Shown: positions 6,651-17,200, counted from the first letter of the stretch. The stretch: DNA of 38,136 nt from Clostridia bacterium (GCA_030640665.1 DAOWIY010000003.1:1-38136), one strand, 5' to 3'. Notes: a model not told the origin generated them from the sequence alone. Numbers and translations: made by a program.

Positions 6651-9332
6651 ATGGGGGGATATGTATATTTTTTTGCGCAAAATAAGGCCAGTGGATCAGC
6701 GAAAATGAGAAATCTTCTGGGAGGTAAAGGAGCTAATCTTGCTGAAATGGCTAATTTAGGAATCCGAGTGCCCCCTGGCTTTACTATCAGTACTGAAGTA
6801 TGCAACTACTACACAGAGCACCATAATTATCCAGAAGACTTAGAGACAGAGATAAGGGAAAATTTAAATAAGGTAGAAGAAGCCACTGGAAAAAGATTTG
6901 GTGACATTCAAAATCCTCTATTGGTTTCCGTTCGCTCAGGAGCGAGAGTTTCTATGCCAGGGATGATGGATACTGTTCTTGATTTGGGACTAAGTGATAT
7001 TACAGTAGAGGGATTAGTTGAAGAGACGGAAAACCCGCGCCTTGCTTATGATGCTTACAGAAGACTGGTTCAGATGTTCGGCAATGTAGTTTTGGGAATA
7101 GAGGGAGAAAAATTTGAGGAGTTGATAGAAGAGAAAAAAAAGAGTAAAGATGCAAAGGAAGATATTGATTTAGCCTGGCAAGATCTGAAGGGATTAGTAG
7201 ATGAGTTCAAAGAGTTGATAGAAAAGGAGAAGGGTATTCAATTTCCTCAAGACCCTTTTAAGCAACTGAATATGGCCATAGATGCCGTTTTTGCTTCATG
7301 GAATAATAAAAGGGCTGTTAATTATCGTAAGATTAATAAAATTCCCGAACACTGGGGAACAGCCGTGAACGTCCAGGTAATGGTATTTGGGAATATGGGG
7401 AATGATTCTGGCACAGGGGTGGGGTTTACCCGAAATCCTGCCACTGGCAAAAAGGAGATATATGGAGAGTATCTACTTAATGCTCAAGGAGAAGATGTTG
7501 TTGCAGGCATAAGAACTCCTCACCCTTTCTCTAAGCTAAAGGAAGAGATGCCGCAGGTTTATCAAGAGCTAGTAGAGGTTGTTCAAAGATTAGAAGATCA
7601 CTATAAGGATGTGCAAGATTTTGAATTTACCATAGAGAAAGGGAAACTTTATTTACTTCAGACCAGGACGGGTAAAAGAACTACTCAAGCAGCAGCGAAG
7701 ATAGCCTGTGATATGGTTGAGGAGAGACTAATCGATAAAAAAGAGGCTTTGATGAGGGTAGAACCTGGTCAACTTAAGCAGCTTCTTCACCGAGGTATCG
7801 ATCCAGAGGCAGAACTTGAAGTATTTGCTAGAGGTCTTCCTGCTTCTCCAGGGGCAGCTACGGGTGCAATAGTTTTTACTGCGGATAGAGCTGTGGAATT
7901 AGCTCAAGATGGAAGAAAGGTTATTCTGGTTCGCAAAGAAACTTCTCCTGAAGATATTCATGGTATGGCTGCTGCCGAGGGAATACTTACTGCTCGCGGG
8001 GGGATGACTTCGCATGCTGCTATCGTGTCCAGAGGTATGGGTAAGTGCTGTATAGCTGGTTGTGAAGCTCTAAAGGTAGATGAGAAAAAGAAAAGATTTG
8101 AAGTAGATGGACTTGTTTTTAAAGAGGGTGACTTTATTACTCTGGATGGCAGTGCAGGAAGAGTGATAAAGGGAGAAGTACCCACACTCGAACCTGAGCT
8201 AAGCAGCGAGTTTAAAAAACTTATGAGATGGGCAGATGAGATAAGAACTCTTGGAGTAAGAGCTAATGCGGATACGCCTGAAGATGCAAAAAAAGCTCGT
8301 GAGTTAGGAGCAGAAGGAATTGGACTTTGCCGAACTGAGCATATGTTTTTTGGAGAAGAGAGGCTTCCTTACGTTCAGAAGATGATTTTAGCTGAAGATG
8401 AAGAAGTAAGAAAAGAAGCCTTAGAAAAATTAGAACCTATGCAGAGGGAAGATTTCAAAGGAATTTTAAGAGAAATGGAAGGTTTACCAGTTATTATTCG
8501 TCTGCTTGATCCCCCCCTGCATGAATTTTTGCCCCATTATGAAAGTCTTCTCCTGGAGGTTAATAAGTTAAAGTTGGAAAAAACCGAAGATAAGGAAAAG
8601 ATCCAGGAGAAAGAGAAGATTCTCCAGCGTATAGTAGACCTGCGAGAGGTGAACCCCATGCTGGGGCACAGGGGCTGTAGATTGGGGATAACCTTTCCTG
8701 AAGTTTACAATATGCAGGTGAGAGCAGTTTTTGAAGCAGCGGCAGAGCTGATTCTTGAGGATGTCAAGGTTTATCCAGAGATAATGATTCCTCTTGTGGC
8801 CAATGAGAAGGAGTTATCTTTTCTCCGAAAACAAGTAATTGAAGTGGCTGGAGAGATAATGAGAGAAAAAGGAGTAGAGTTTGAGTACAAGGTAGGCACG
8901 ATGATTGAACTTCCTCGAGCTGCTTTCTGTGCAGACAAAATCGCTCAAGAGGCAGATTTTTTCTCCTTCGGCACCAATGACCTAACCCAAACTACATTTG
9001 GGTTTAGCCGCGATGATGCAGAAGCTAAGTTTATACCTGCATATATTGAAAAGAAGATTCTGGAAGATGACCCTTTCGAGGTATTGGATCAAGAAGGGGT
9101 GGGGCAACTTCTGAAGATGGGAATAGAGAGAGGGCGCAAGACGAATAAAGATTTGGAAGTGGGCATTTGTGGCGAACACGGAGGCGAGCCCTCTTCGGTT
9201 AAGTTCTGTTACCAGATAGGGATGGACTATGTAAGTTGTTCCCCTTATAGAGTTCCCATTGCTCGATTGGCTGCTGCTCAGGCAATACTGGAAGATAGAA
9301 AAGCTATAAGTGACAAGTTTTTTAAAGAGTAG
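6651..9332 (+). CDS. ppdK: pyruvate, phosphate dikinase
   Basis: 893 aa. It has N-terminal LLGGKGANLAEM, the phosphohistidine segment GGMTSHAAIVSRGMG, and a C-terminal PEP-utilizer barrel with GTNDLTQ. Confidence 0.95.
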   Translation: MGGYVYFFAQNKASGSAKMRNLLGGKGANLAEMANLGIRVPPGFTISTEVCNYYTEHHNYPEDLETEIRENLNKVEEATGKRFGDIQNPLLVSVRSGARVSMPGMMDTVLDLGLSDITVEGLVEETENPRLAYDAYRRLVQMFGNVVLGIEGEKFEELIEEKKKSKDAKEDIDLAWQDLKGLVDEFKELIEKEKGIQFPQDPFKQLNMAIDAVFASWNNKRAVNYRKINKIPEHWGTAVNVQVMVFGNMGNDSGTGVGFTRNPATGKKEIYGEYLLNAQGEDVVAGIRTPHPFSKLKEEMPQVYQELVEVVQRLEDHYKDVQDFEFTIEKGKLYLLQTRTGKRTTQAAAKIACDMVEERLIDKKEALMRVEPGQLKQLLHRGIDPEAELEVFARGLPASPGAATGAIVFTADRAVELAQDGRKVILVRKETSPEDIHGMAAAEGILTARGGMTSHAAIVSRGMGKCCIAGCEALKVDEKKKRFEVDGLVFKEGDFITLDGSAGRVIKGEVPTLEPELSSEFKKLMRWADEIRTLGVRANADTPEDAKKARELGAEGIGLCRTEHMFFGEERLPYVQKMILAEDEEVRKEALEKLEPMQREDFKGILREMEGLPVIIRLLDPPLHEFLPHYESLLLEVNKLKLEKTEDKEKIQEKEKILQRIVDLREVNPMLGHRGCRLGITFPEVYNMQVRAVFEAAAELILEDVKVYPEIMIPLVANEKELSFLRKQVIEVAGEIMREKGVEFEYKVGTMIELPRAAFCADKIAQEADFFSFGTNDLTQTTFGFSRDDAEAKFIPAYIEKKILEDDPFEVLDQEGVGQLLKMGIERGRKTNKDLEVGICGEHGGEPSSVKFCYQIGMDYVSCSPYRVPIARLAAAQAILEDRKAISDKFFKE

Positions 9333-9383
9333 CGGTGCGATTTATCGCACATTGGAAGGTCTTAAAGCTTACAGCTGGGTAAG

Positions 9384-9468
9384 GGGGAGGTGCCAGAGTG
9401 GCCAAATGGGGCGGGCTGTAAACCCGCTGGCGTTGCCTACGATGGTTCAAATCCATCCCTCCCCACCA
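9384..9468 (+). tRNA. tRNA-Tyr (GTA), long variable arm, encoded CCA
   Basis: Acceptor GGGGAGG/CCTCCCC, anticodon loop CTGTAAA, T-loop GGTTCAAATCC. Closely resembles E. coli tRNA-Tyr. Confidence 0.9.
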
Positions 9469-9478
9469 GATAAATGTT

Positions 9479-9551
9479 GCCCATGTAGCTCAGGAGGTAG
9501 AGCACATCCTTGGTAAGGATGAGGTCACCGGTTCAAGCCCGGTCGTGGGCT
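9479..9551 (+). tRNA. tRNA-Thr (GGT)
   Basis: Acceptor GCCCATG/CGTGGGC, D-arm GCTCAGGAGGTAGAGC, anticodon stem-loop CATCC-TTGGTAA-GGATG, T-arm ACCGG-TTCAAGC-CCGGT. Confidence 0.9.
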
Positions 9552-9555
9552 CCCA

Positions 9556-9736
9556 ATTTCGTATATAGTATATGGTATATGGTAGGGAGACTTTGAAACG
9601 CACAACAGTACTGAAATTCCAGATTCCGCAGGAATAGATTAGTTTGTAAGGTTAGGAAAGAGAAGTTCCCTCTCCCTTCTGAGAAGGGGTGAGGGGATTT
9701 TTTCTTCACGATATACTACATACGATATACGAGTTT
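9556..9736. repeat. intergenic inverted heptamer-repeat cassette E2
   Basis: The 5' arm is TTCGTAT-ATAGTAT-ATGGTAT-ATGGTAG at 9558-9585. The 3' arm CACGATATACTACATACGATATACGAG at 9707-9733 is its imperfect complement. It ends just before the SD of tuf. Confidence 0.75.
9668..9703 (+). terminator. intrinsic-terminator-like hairpin with T6 tail inside cassette E2
   Basis: CCCTCTCCCTTC-TGA-GAAGGGGTGAGGG forms a stem of about 12 bp (one bulge, one GU), followed by GATTTTTT. Confidence 0.5.
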
Positions 9737-9753
9737 AAAAAGGAGGAAAAAAG

Positions 9754-10956
9754 ATGGCGCGAGAAAAATTTGTGCGGACCAAGGCTCATCTTAATATTGG
9801 AACAATCGGACATGTAGATCATGGGAAGACTACTCTTACAGCAGCTATAACCCAAGTTTTAGCTAAGAAGGGATGGGCTGACCCGAAAACTCTAGAGGAA
9901 ATCGATGCTGCTCCTGAAGAGAAGGAGAGAGGTTTAACAATTTCTATTTACCATGCAGAGTATGAGACGGAAAAAAGACATTATGCCCACATAGACTGCC
10001 CGGGACACGCTGATTATATTAAGAATATGATTACCGGGGCGGCACAAATGGACGGAGCTATTTTGGTAGTTTCTGCTGCTGATGGGGCTATGCCTCAGAC
10101 CAGAGAGCACATTCTTCTTGCTCGTCAGGTCAATGTTCCAGCCATAGTGGTTTTTTTAAATAAGGTAGATCAGGTAGAAGACAAGGAGCTGTTAGAGTTG
10201 GTGGAGTTGGAAGTACGCGAACTTCTGTCTAGTTATGAGTTTCCTGGAGATGAGATACCTATTATCTCCGGTTCAGCTCTTCAGTGTCTTGAATGTATGT
10301 GCGGAAAGAAAGAGTGTCCCAAATGCGGTCCCATACTTAAATTACTTGATGCAGTTGACGATTATATTCCTATGCCACCAAGAGAAGTGGACAAACCTTT
10401 TCTATTAGCCGTAGAGGATGTTTTCACTATCACAGGAAGGGGGACAGTAGCTACGGGAAGGCTTGAGAGAGGAAAGATAAAAATAGGAGATCAGGTGGAG
10501 ATAGTGGGGATGTCTGATGAAATCAAGAAAACAGTAGCTACCGGGGTAGAAATGTTCAGAAAAACATTGGATGAGGCTCAAGCAGGAGATAATATTGGAG
10601 TGCTTTTGCGGGGTACAGAGAAGGATGAGATACAAAGAGGTCAGGTGCTGGCTCTCCCTGGTAGTATAACTCCCCATACAAAATTTGAAGCAGAGGTATA
10701 TGTGCTAACCAAAGAGGAAGGGGGACGACATACTCCTTTCTTTGAGGGCTACCGTCCTCAGTTTTACTTCCGCACCACCGATGTAACTGGAGATGTTAAT
10801 CTTCCTGAAGGGGTTGAGATGGTTATGCCGGGTGATAATGTAAAATTAACTATAAATCTTATTACTACTATTGCTATGGAGCAGGGCTTAAGGTTCGCTA
10901 TACGAGAGGGAGGACATACAGTGGGAGCGGGTGTAGTGGGCAAGATAATCAAATAG
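9754..10956 (+). CDS. tuf: elongation factor Tu
   Basis: 400 aa with G motifs [17 protein letters not shown] and NKVD, and C-terminal [16 protein letters not shown]. Confidence 0.97.
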   Translation: MAREKFVRTKAHLNIGTIGHVDHGKTTLTAAITQVLAKKGWADPKTLEEIDAAPEEKERGLTISIYHAEYETEKRHYAHIDCPGHADYIKNMITGAAQMDGAILVVSAADGAMPQTREHILLARQVNVPAIVVFLNKVDQVEDKELLELVELEVRELLSSYEFPGDEIPIISGSALQCLECMCGKKECPKCGPILKLLDAVDDYIPMPPREVDKPFLLAVEDVFTITGRGTVATGRLERGKIKIGDQVEIVGMSDEIKKTVATGVEMFRKTLDEAQAGDNIGVLLRGTEKDEIQRGQVLALPGSITPHTKFEAEVYVLTKEEGGRHTPFFEGYRPQFYFRTTDVTGDVNLPEGVEMVMPGDNVKLTINLITTIAMEQGLRFAIREGGHTVGAGVVGKIIK

Positions 10957-10965
10957 GGAAGAGAG

Positions 10966-11106
10966 ATGAAGCAGACAATTACCCTTATCTGCACCGAGTG
11001 TAAAAGAAGAAACTATACCACTACTAGAGAAAAGAAAGTTTCCTCTTTAAGTCTTAAAAAGTACTGTAGGTTTTGCCGTAAACATATTCTCCATAAGGAG
11101 AAATAG
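10966..11106 (+). CDS. rpmG: 50S ribosomal protein L33 (zinc-binding form)
   Basis: 46 aa, read manually because it is below the ORF-track cutoff: [46 protein letters not shown]. It occupies the canonical tuf-rpmG-secE position. Confidence 0.85.
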   Translation: MKQTITLICTECKRRNYTTTREKKVSSLSLKKYCRFCRKHILHKEK

Positions 11107-11181
11107 GTCCGTAGCTCAAGTGGCTAGAGCACCGGACTCCAAATCCGGCGGTTGCGGGTTCAAGTCCTGCCGGACCTGCCA
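11105..11181 (+). tRNA. tRNA-Trp (CCA), encoded CCA end
   Basis: Acceptor AGGTCCG/CGGACCT, anticodon stem-loop CCGGA-CTCCAAA-TCCGG, T-arm GCGGG-TTCAAGT-CCTGC. It overlaps the rpmG stop by 2 nt. Confidence 0.88.
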
Positions 11182-11185
11182 AAAT

Positions 11186-11289
11186 AGTTCATAGTTATGA
11201 GTTCGTAGTTCATTGATAAAACAACGAATGGTGAACCAATTGGCTAAGGGGCTGATAGGTCAATGAACTATGAACTACGAACAATGAAC
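11186..11289. repeat. intergenic inverted heptamer-repeat cassette E3 (GTTCRTA flavour)
   Basis: The 5' arm is GTTCATA-GTTATGA-GTTCGTA-GTTCATT at 11187-11214. The 3' arm TCAATGAACTATGAACTACGAACAATGAAC lies at 11260-11289. Confidence 0.8.
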
Positions 11290-11302
11290 AGAGTTAACAA
11301 GA

Positions 11303-11488
11303 ATGATAAATAAGATACGTATTTTTCTTCGAGCAGTAAGAGAAGAGATGAAAAGGGTGAGTTGGCCTTCTCGACCTCGCATAATAAGGTCTACTCTCGT
11401 GGTTTTGATAACTATTGTTATTTTTGCTGTGCTCATAGGGAGTATAGACTTTATGTTTTTTCAGATTATAAAGTTTTTTCTGAAATGA
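11303..11488 (+). CDS. secE: preprotein translocase subunit SecE
   Basis: 61 aa with EEMKRVSWPSR followed by a single TM helix. It lies immediately upstream of nusG. Confidence 0.85.
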   Translation: MINKIRIFLRAVREEMKRVSWPSRPRIIRSTLVVLITIVIFAVLIGSIDFMFFQIIKFFLK

Positions 11489-11495
11489 GAGAATC

Positions 11496-12026
11496 ATGAG
11501 TAAGAAATGGTATGCTCTTCATACGTATGCTGGACAAGAAGATAAGGTAATGGCAAATCTTAAGCAAAGAATCGAATCCTTTGGAATAAAGAATAAGATC
11601 TTTCGTATGTTAATTCCTAAAGAAAAAATAACCGAGGTTAAGAACGGAAAAAGAAGAACTTATAGGAGGAAGTTTTTTCCTGGATATATGTTGGTTGAGG
11701 CAGAGTTGAGCGATGAGGCTAAGTTTGTCATTAGCAATACGCCGGGAGTTAGCGGTTTCGTCGGTCCTAAAAATCAGCCGGTTGCTTTAGATAAAAAAGA
11801 AGTGAACAACATTGAGCACCGAATAGGTCTTTTAGAGAAAAGGCCTAAACCTGGTATTGTTTTCGAGAGAGGAGAAAGTATTCGTATCATTCAAGGGCCC
11901 TTTACTAACTTCCAGGGAGAAATAATAGAAGTTAATCCTCAACAACAAAGGCTTAAAGTTTTGGTTTCTATATTTGGCAGAGAGACCCCTCTGGAATTAG
12001 AATATGTAAATGTGGAGAGACTTTAA
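11496..12026 (+). CDS. nusG: transcription termination/antitermination factor NusG
   Basis: 176 aa. N-terminal [13 protein letters not shown] (NGN domain) and a C-terminal KOW segment ([21 protein letters not shown]). Confidence 0.93.
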   Translation: MSKKWYALHTYAGQEDKVMANLKQRIESFGIKNKIFRMLIPKEKITEVKNGKRRTYRRKFFPGYMLVEAELSDEAKFVISNTPGVSGFVGPKNQPVALDKKEVNNIEHRIGLLEKRPKPGIVFERGESIRIIQGPFTNFQGEIIEVNPQQQRLKVLVSIFGRETPLELEYVNVERL

Positions 12027-12460
12027 TGGCCAAAAAACCAATTATGGCTAATATTAAACTGCAAATTCAGGCAGGGAAAGCCAATCCTGCTCCTCCAGTG
12101 GGGCCAGCATTGGGTCAGCATGGTGTTAGTATAATGGAATTTTGTAAATCTTTTAACGAAAAGACCAAAAATAAAGGTGACATTTTAATACCAGTGCTGG
12201 TAACTGTTTATAAGGATAGATCCTTTACTTTTAAACTAAAGACTCCTCCTGCTGCCTCCTTACTTAAGAAAGCAGCTGGAATCGAGAAAGGTTCGGGGGA
12301 ACCTCATAAAAAGAAGGTAGGTACGGTAACGAGGAAAGATCTAGAAAAAATAGCCCAGACTAAGTTGGCGGATTTAAATGCCTATGATATTCCTTCAGCA
12401 GCGAGAATCATCGAAGGAACAGCCAGAAATATGGGCTTGAAAATAGAAGAAGAAAAATAG
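12026..12460 (+). CDS. rplK: 50S ribosomal protein L11
   Basis: 144 aa with [24 protein letters not shown]. Confidence 0.96.
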   Translation: MAKKPIMANIKLQIQAGKANPAPPVGPALGQHGVSIMEFCKSFNEKTKNKGDILIPVLVTVYKDRSFTFKLKTPPAASLLKKAAGIEKGSGEPHKKKVGTVTRKDLEKIAQTKLADLNAYDIPSAARIIEGTARNMGLKIEEEK

Positions 12461-13161
12461 TGGGTAAAAGAGGTAAAAGATATCTTCTGGCAAAGAAAAA
12501 AATAGATAAAAACAAAAGTTATGAGCCTTTGGAGGCTATAAAATTGGTTAAAGAAACCTCTAAATCTCGATTTGAGGAATCAGTAGAGATAGCTATTTCC
12601 CTCAATATAAAGCCAAAAGAAAAAGGAGAACGAGTAAGGGGAACAGTAATACTTCCTCAAGGGACAGGAAAGAAAGTAAAAATACTGGTTTTTGCCAAAG
12701 GAGACAAGGCCCGAGAGGCAGAAAAAACAGGAGCGGATTATGTAGGGACAGAGGAGACAGTAGAAAAGATCGAAGAAGGATGGTTAGACTTCGACGCTGT
12801 AGTCTCAACTCCTGAAATGATGAAAATAGTGGCAAAATTGGGAAGAATTCTCGGTCCACGTGGCTTAATGCCTTCTCCTAAAATTGGGACAGTAAATGAT
12901 GATCCTGCCAGCGTTATAGAGGAACTAAAAAAAGGTAAGGTCGAGTATAGAAATGATGCTACAGGGGTGATACATGTTTTGCTAGGAAAAATTTCCTTTT
13001 CTAAGGAGGCCTTGTGGGACAATCTCAAGGTTTTGTTGACCTCCTTGGTTAAAGATAGACCCCCCACAGTGAAAGGAAGATATATCAAGGGAATTTCTCT
13101 TTGTTCTACCATGGGTCCGGGAGTAAAGGTAAACGTAGAGAAAACTCTGGAGATGTTGTGA
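12460..13161 (+). CDS. rplA: 50S ribosomal protein L1
   Basis: 233 aa with a GTG start overlapping the rplK stop. Contains FEESVEIAISLNI...RGTVILPQGTGK. Confidence 0.95.
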   Translation: MGKRGKRYLLAKKKIDKNKSYEPLEAIKLVKETSKSRFEESVEIAISLNIKPKEKGERVRGTVILPQGTGKKVKILVFAKGDKAREAEKTGADYVGTEETVEKIEEGWLDFDAVVSTPEMMKIVAKLGRILGPRGLMPSPKIGTVNDDPASVIEELKKGKVEYRNDATGVIHVLLGKISFSKEALWDNLKVLLTSLVKDRPPTVKGRYIKGISLCSTMGPGVKVNVEKTLEML

Positions 13162-13162
13162 A

Positions 13163-13690
13163 ATGGACAGACAAGCGAAGATAGAAAAAGTGAGGAGAAT
13201 AGGAGAAGGTCTAGAAAAGAGTGAGGCCTCTTTTATCTTTAATTACCATGGATTAAAGGTAACTGAGCTAACTGAACTTAGAAAGATGCTAAGGGGGGTA
13301 GGGGCGAGATTCTATGTAGTCAAAAATAATTTAGCTCATCGAGCTATAGAGAGAATAGGGCTGGATGATTTAAATCAGTTTTTTTCTGGAGGTACAGGGA
13401 TAATCTTTGTCGAAAAAGATCCCCTAGCCTCGGCTAAGATAGTTAAAGGATTTATTCTAGATCATCCCAATCTAGTTATAAAAGGAGGAGTTCTAGGTAG
13501 AGATATTCTAAAGGGTGATGAGGTAAGACGTTTAGGAGACATACCTTCACGAGAGGTTCTCCTATCATGGCTTCTAACAGGAATGCAGTCCCCCGTAAGA
13601 AGATTATTGGGAATTTTGAACTCTCCCCTAAGTAATTTAATGGGTTTGTTAAACTCAATTTTGTTAGAAAAGAAAAAGAAGGAGACTTAG
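13163..13690 (+). CDS. rplJ: 50S ribosomal protein L10
   Basis: 175 aa. Position and length fit L10, with a hydrophobic C-terminal helix for L12 binding. Confidence 0.9.
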   Translation: MDRQAKIEKVRRIGEGLEKSEASFIFNYHGLKVTELTELRKMLRGVGARFYVVKNNLAHRAIERIGLDDLNQFFSGGTGIIFVEKDPLASAKIVKGFILDHPNLVIKGGVLGRDILKGDEVRRLGDIPSREVLLSWLLTGMQSPVRRLLGILNSPLSNLMGLLNSILLEKKKKET

Positions 13691-13692
13691 AG

Positions 13693-14274
13693 ATGACACA
13701 ACCATCAGCAGAAAAAAAGGATGTCAAAAAAGTAGATAAATCAAAAGTAAAAGAAGAAGAGAAGAAGACTAATGAACCAAAAGTAGAAATAAAAAAAGAG
13801 ACCAAGAAGGTAGATAGGCCAAAAGCAGATAAACCAAAAGTAGAGATAAGTAAAGGAAAAATCAAAGAAGTTAAAAAGGTAGACAAACCAAAAGTGGAAG
13901 TGAGTAAAAAAGAAGAGATCATAAAAGCAATTGAGGGGATGAATGTACTGGAGCTTACAGAGTTAATAAAGGAACTCGAAGATAGGTTTGGAGTTCAAGC
14001 TGCCATCCCTCAAATCAGTGCTCAAGTTCCTACATCTCCTGAGAAGGAAGTAGAAGAAGAGAAGACCAAGTTTGATGTAATCTTAAGTGAGATGGGGAGT
14101 AAAAAAATTCAGGTAATTAAGGAGGTACGAAAACTTACCTCCCTGGGATTAAAGGAGGCTAAGGATTTAGTAGAACAGGCTCCGAAGCCTGTTAAAGAAG
14201 AGGTGTCCAAAGAAGAGGCTCTCAAGATTAAAGAGCTTCTAGAAGCTGCAGGAGCTAAGGTAGAGTTAAAATAG
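13693..14274 (+). CDS. rplL: 50S ribosomal protein L7/L12 with a 69-residue Lys-rich N-terminal extension
   Basis: Residues 70-193 are canonical L12 ([31 protein letters not shown]...AGAKVELK). A strong SD (AAGGAG) precedes ATG 13693. An internal GTG at 13900 would give the canonical 124 aa form. Confidence 0.9.
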   Translation: MTQPSAEKKDVKKVDKSKVKEEEKKTNEPKVEIKKETKKVDRPKADKPKVEISKGKIKEVKKVDKPKVEVSKKEEIIKAIEGMNVLELTELIKELEDRFGVQAAIPQISAQVPTSPEKEVEEEKTKFDVILSEMGSKKIQVIKEVRKLTSLGLKEAKDLVEQAPKPVKEEVSKEEALKIKELLEAAGAKVELK

Positions 14275-14289
14275 TAGGGAGATTAATTT

Positions 14290-17200
14290 ATGTACAGAAA
14301 AATAGGGGAAAAGATAATAAATTTTACTAAGTCTGAACCCTGTGTAGAGATTCCCAATCTTTTGGAGATGCAAAAAACTTCCTTTGAGGCTTTTCTGCAG
14401 AGGGATGTTCCTCCAGAAAAAAGAAAAAGAGAGGGCCTGCAGGGAGTCTTTAAGAATGTTTTTCCTATAGAGAGCTATAATGGGAAAGTGGTTTTAGATT
14501 TTATTGAGTATCGTTTCAATAAGTCCAGATATCTTATAGAAAGATGCGAGGAAGAAGGATTGACTTATTCTCTCCCTTTCTACGTTAAGCTTCGCTTAAT
14601 CAGAAAGGAAACAGGAGAGGTGACTGAGCAGGAGGTTTACCTAGGGGATTTTCCTCTGATGACGGAAAGGGGAAGTTTTATTGTTAATGGGGCGGAGAGG
14701 ATAATAGTTAATCAACTGCAGCGCTCTCCTGGTGTTTTTTTTGAGGAGGATACCTCTGCTTCTTCTGGGAGACAGATATCCTACCGGGCACGAATTATTC
14801 CTGAACGAGGGAATTGGCTCGATTTTGAGATAAAAGATAATCTTTTGTATATGCGCATTAATAGAGGAAAAAGACAGCTGGCCACCTTGTTTTTAAGAGC
14901 TATGAGAGGGACTCCCAAGCAAATTCTTAAGGTGTTTTCTCATCCCGAAGACAAAAAAATTCTGGAAGACAGTTTCGCGCAAGATGGGGCTAGTTCGCAG
15001 AAAGAGGCTCTTCTTAGAATTTGCCAGAAACTCAGGCCTGGTCGTCCTCTTGTTTTCGAGTCGGTCAAAGAGATTTTTGATAGAACTTTTCGTGATCCTC
15101 GTAGATACAATTTGGGTAAGGTAGGTAGGTTCCAACTTAATAAAGAGTTAGGTTTGGACGATGATTGGGAAACAGAGATTCTTAGGTTAAGCGATGTAGT
15201 AGGAGTTATAAAGTCTCTATTTAAGCTAAATAGGGGAAAAAAGGAAATAAAGAGTTTAGATCATCTTTCCTATAGAAGGGTGAGGAGGGTAGGTGACCTT
15301 TTAGCCAATCAACTTCGCATCGGATTAACTCATCTAGCAAGAATAATTCAACAAGGAATGAGTATTCAAGATCCAGATACCATTACTCCACGTTCTCTAG
15401 TTAACATTGGAACGGTGAGAAATTCGATCAATAGTTTTTTTAATACAGGAACTCTTTCTCAGTATTTAGATCGAACTAATCCTTTGGCAGAATTAACTCA
15501 TAAACGTAGATTATCTGCTTTGGGGCCGGGTGGATTGACACGAGTACAAGCAAAGGAGGAGGTAAGGGATGTACATTATACTCATTATGGGCGCATCTGC
15601 CCTATAGAGACGCCTGAGGGGCAAAATATTGGTTTAATTAGTTCCTTGGCTACCTATGCCAGAGTGAATGAGTTTAGTTTTTTGGAAACTCCTTACCGAA
15701 AGATAAAAGATGGAAAAGCAAGCCAGGAAGTAGTATATCTTGATGCCCGAGAGGAAGATGAGTGCTATATTGCTGGTGCTGATACTGTAGATAGGGAAGG
15801 AAAGTTTAATTCATCGGAACTTATAACTAGGTTCAGGGGAGAGATTGTAAGTGTCCCCAAAGAAAGAGTAGACTATGTGGATGTTTCCCCCAAACAGATA
15901 GTTAGTGTTACTACTTCTTTAATTCCTTTTTTGGAACATAATGAGGCTAACCGAGCTTTGATGGGTTCAAATATGCAGCGTCAAGCAGTGCCGTTGGAAA
16001 GTTCAGAACAGGCTTTCATCCAAACAGGAATGGAAACGAAAGTAGCCGAGAATTCTATGAGTGCAGTGAGAGCAAAAAGAGAAGGAGAGGTTATCTATGT
16101 TGATGCTGACGGGATAAGGATAAAGACCTCAAAAGGGATAGATAACTATAGCTTAACTAAATTTAAAAGGTCTAATCAAGGAACCTGTATAAATCAAAGA
16201 TCCATTGTGACTAAAGGTGATAAAGTGAAAAAAGGAGCCTTCATAGCTGATGGTCCGGCCATTTGTGGGGGTAAGTTATCCTTAGGTCGTAACGTTCTGG
16301 TAGCTTTTATGCCCTGGGAAGGATATAATTTTGAAGACGCAATTCTCATTAGTGAAAAGTTAGTCAAAGAGGATATTTTTACTTCTATACATATTGAAGA
16401 GTTTCAAATAGAGGCAAAGGAACTTCGATCGGGAATAGAGGAAATAACTGCAGATGTACCCAATGTTGAGGAATCGGCCTTAAATAATTTAGACGAGAGG
16501 GGTATTATAAGAGTCGGAGCGGAGGTAAAATCGGGAGATATTCTGGTGGGTAAGGTAACTCCTCAGGTAGAGATAAAGCTTACCCCAGAGGAGAGACTCT
16601 TGCGAAGCATCTTTGGAGAGAAGGCCCAAAAGGTCAAGGATAACTCTCTGAGGCTTCCCCATGGGATTAAGGGTAAGGTGATTAGGGTCAGGATATTCTC
16701 TCAAGAAAATAAGGATGATCTGCCTGTCGATGTAAAAGAGAGAGTGAAGGTGTATGTGGCTATTCGGCGCAAAATCGAGATAGGAGATAAGATGTCTGGT
16801 CGACATGGAAACAAAGGGGTTGTTGGCAAGATACTTCCCGAAGAGGATATACCTTATCTTGCTGATGGAACTCCCGTGGAAGTAGTATTAAATCCCTTAG
16901 GTGTTCCCTCTAGGATGAACATAGGCCAGATTCTGGAGACTCACCTGGGGTTGGTGGCTAAAACTTTAGGAATACAGATGATTTGTCCTGTTTTCGAAGG
17001 ACCTAAAGTAGAGGAAATAAAGGATTTATTAAAGGAAGCTCATCTTCCTGGGTCAGGCAAGGTTACTCTCTATGACGGGCGAACAGGAGAAGCTTTTCAC
17101 CAGGAGGTTGCTGTAGGCTACATGTATGTGATGAAACTCATTCATTTGGCTGAAGAAAAGGTGCATGCTCGTTCCACAGGGCCTTATGCTTTAATCACTC

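Noticed and set aside
9310-9516. 68-aa ORF spanning the ppdK end and the tRNA region
   Set aside because: It overlaps tRNA-Tyr and tRNA-Thr, which fold into canonical cloverleaves. It is an ORF-finder artefact.
13476-13922. Antisense or alternate-frame ORFs in the track: 438-719(+), 2293-2547(-), 2550-2942(-), 2863-3288(-), 3044-3331(-), 12738-13112(-), 13476-13922(-), 16489-16806(-), 17906-18235(-), 18814-19020(+), 31255-31596(-), 32227-32607(-), 36485-36706(+), 37524-37964(-) and similar
   Set aside because: All lie inside strongly conserved genes on the other strand or in another frame. They have low-complexity or Ser/Leu/Phe-rich translations typical of shadow ORFs in AT-rich DNA, and they lack SD sequences.
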